The notes beneath the pieces were generated by a model. That model worked only from the letters and a program-made list of their open reading frames with translations, was not told the origin of the DNA and did no database searches. Below, piece after piece: positions 62,723-64,000 of a DNA stretch of 64,000 bases. Source of the DNA: an uncultured bacterium (lineage in GTDB: Bacteria > Patescibacteriota > Minisyncoccia > UBA6257 > GWB1-50-10); NCBI GenBank assembly GCA_963713955.1, contig OY970216.1:296850-360849 (forward strand). Direction: 5' to 3'. Made by a program: the position numbers and the translations under genes. Within the stretch, counting starts at the first letter, position 1. Every line of letters begins with the position of its first letter.

Positions 62723-63615
62723 AATTTTTGAACGTCGTTGAAAACAAAAAATACTATTTATCGTTCGCCGCCGCAATCGTGTTAGCGAGCTGGCTCTGCG
62801 TCTTGTTCTTGGGACTAAAACCGGGCATCGATTTGTCCGGCGGGACCGAGTGGCAGATCGCTTTCAAGAACGGAAACGTTTCCGTTTCAGAGATCCAATC
62901 CGTTTTGTCCGGGGCGGGAGTGGTGGAACCGTCGGTGCGGAGCGTCGGCGAAAATTCGTTTACGATTGAAACCCTTCCGATGAACGAAGCGGATCATCAA
63001 AAATATGCGGAAGTCCTGAAGACAAAGATCGGCGATTTTGAAGAGCAAAATTTCTCGAGCATCGGCCCGGTCATTGGAAGTGAGCTCGCGAAGAAATCGG
63101 TAACCGCCATCATTCTGGTCTTGGTAGGCATTTCGCTCTATATCGCGTACGCGTTCCGGAAAGTTTCCGAGCCGGTCAAGTCGTGGAAGTACGGGCTCAT
63201 AACCTTGGTGACGCTCGTTCACGATGTATCGATCCCGGGCGGCTTTCTCGCGCTCCTCGGTTTTTTCAAGGGTGTTGAGATGGACACCAATTTCATCGTC
63301 GCGCTCCTCGTCATCATGGGATTTTCGGTCCACGATACGATTGTCGTCTTTGACCGGATCCGCGAGAATTTGATGCTTGCGCGGGGCAAGAAAACGTCCC
63401 TGGGAGAAATAATAGACTACAGCGTGAGAGAGACGTTCGCGAGGTCGGTCAATACGTCGCTTGCCCTAATCCTCGTTCTCATGGCACTTCTCGTTTTCGG
63501 TCCGCCGTCCCTCTTTTACTTCGTGTTAACCATGCTCATCGGGACTATTTTCGGGACCTATTCATCGATTTTCGTCGCGAGTCCCTTGCTCTATTTGTGG
63601 CAAAAGAGGGATTAG
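62719..63615 (+). CDS. secF: protein translocase subunit SecF
   Basis: GIDLSGGTEWQI; 6-TM SecF bundle; 4-nt overlap with secD. Confidence 0.9.
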   Translation: MKFLNVVENKKYYLSFAAAIVLASWLCVLFLGLKPGIDLSGGTEWQIAFKNGNVSVSEIQSVLSGAGVVEPSVRSVGENSFTIETLPMNEADHQKYAEVLKTKIGDFEEQNFSSIGPVIGSELAKKSVTAIILVLVGISLYIAYAFRKVSEPVKSWKYGLITLVTLVHDVSIPGGFLALLGFFKGVEMDTNFIVALLVIMGFSVHDTIVVFDRIRENLMLARGKKTSLGEIIDYSVRETFARSVNTSLALILVLMALLVFGPPSLFYFVLTMLIGTIFGTYSSIFVASPLLYLWQKRD

Positions 63616-63630
63616 CGTCGGTGGGTATCC

Positions 63631-64000
63631 CTAGTCAATTGGCGCAAAGGTTAACGACTTTTTGAGGTAGTTCCTGGGGTTTTGAAACAATTCCGGTGAG
63701 GAAAATCTGACGGAAAATTCCCTCACGTAGTCAGGCATCTTCTCCGCGGTCACGTGATGGTACATTCTCCTCACGAATGTCCTGAAGTTCCCGAACATCC
63801 CCTCGATCTCGGAGGTCTTCCCGAACTCCCATTTAGCATGGATGTCCCGTTCGTGTCTCACTGGCCACCATCTCTCGATGCCCCGGTATATGGCTGCCCC
63901 ATCGGTATGGAGCCTCGCCCTCGGCTTCACGTACTCCATGAGGAACCGAACCGCTTCTGCTCGGTCAACCGACTTCTCGGGCAAAACCACGTACGCGACC
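63631..64000 (-). mobile_element. IS1595-family (ISXO2-like) transposase, C-terminal part; the gene continues beyond the window edge
   Basis: HTDGAAIYRGIE...HERDIHAKWEFGKTSEIEGMFGNFRTFVRRMYHHVTAEKMPDYVREFSVRF matches the DDE_Tnp_IS1595 C-terminal region; the ORF is open at the window end. Confidence 0.6.

Noticed and set aside
1-64000. CRISPR array
   Set aside because: I looked for regularly spaced short direct repeats and found none. The repeated elements that exist are 2-3 dispersed copies of hairpin units, not an array.

Overview
This 64 kb window is gene-dense bacterial chromosome with about 50% GC, and its content points to a reduced-genome Patescibacteria/CPR-like organism. The basis for that is three paralogous type IV pilin-like genes with LamG-type C-termini, many small membrane proteins, a DsbA/VKOR pair, and almost no biosynthesis genes. 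That taxonomic assignment is inference, not a database result.

Confidently assignable housekeeping genes are hisS, a family-4 uracil-DNA glycosylase, a UvrD/PcrA-like helicase, recG, tgt, cca, gatC/gatA, pheS/pheT, secD/secF, bcp, acylphosphatase, a MacAB-type ABC exporter with its HlyD adaptor, a P-type ATPase, an MFS transporter, a PAP2 phosphatase, a GT2 glycosyltransferase, FKBP, an M23 peptidase and a large helicase-nuclease. I mapped seven tRNAs: Lys-CTT, Arg-TCG, Pro-CGG, Ala-CGC, Asp-GTC, initiator Met and elongator Met/Ile2-CAT.

Two regions look accessory. The first is a 5.8 kb island between tRNA-Asp and tRNA-fMet that appears AT-richer by eye. It holds a 584-aa Cys-rich repeat protein, three membrane proteins, a HigB/HigA pair and a conserved roughly 60-nt upstream motif present twice. 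The second is a tRNA-Ala hotspot: a GIY-YIG gene bracketed by a partial copy of the tRNA 5' end, and a zinc-ribbon gene trio plus a TrmB regulator bracketed by a 14-nt direct repeat.

The most unusual signal is non-coding. At least three families of repeated, hairpin-forming intergenic elements recur two or three times each. Within each family the stems differ in sequence between copies but keep their pairing, while loops and linkers are conserved. That suggests small structured RNAs or MITE-like elements not described by any gene call. Family 1 has 3 copies, each directly downstream of a gene. Family 2 has 3 copies with a conserved GGGC-UAGC-GCCC core. A 34-nt perfect palindrome occurs 2 times.

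I found no CRISPR array, reverse transcriptase or integrase. A partial IS1595-family transposase runs off the 3' edge of the window.
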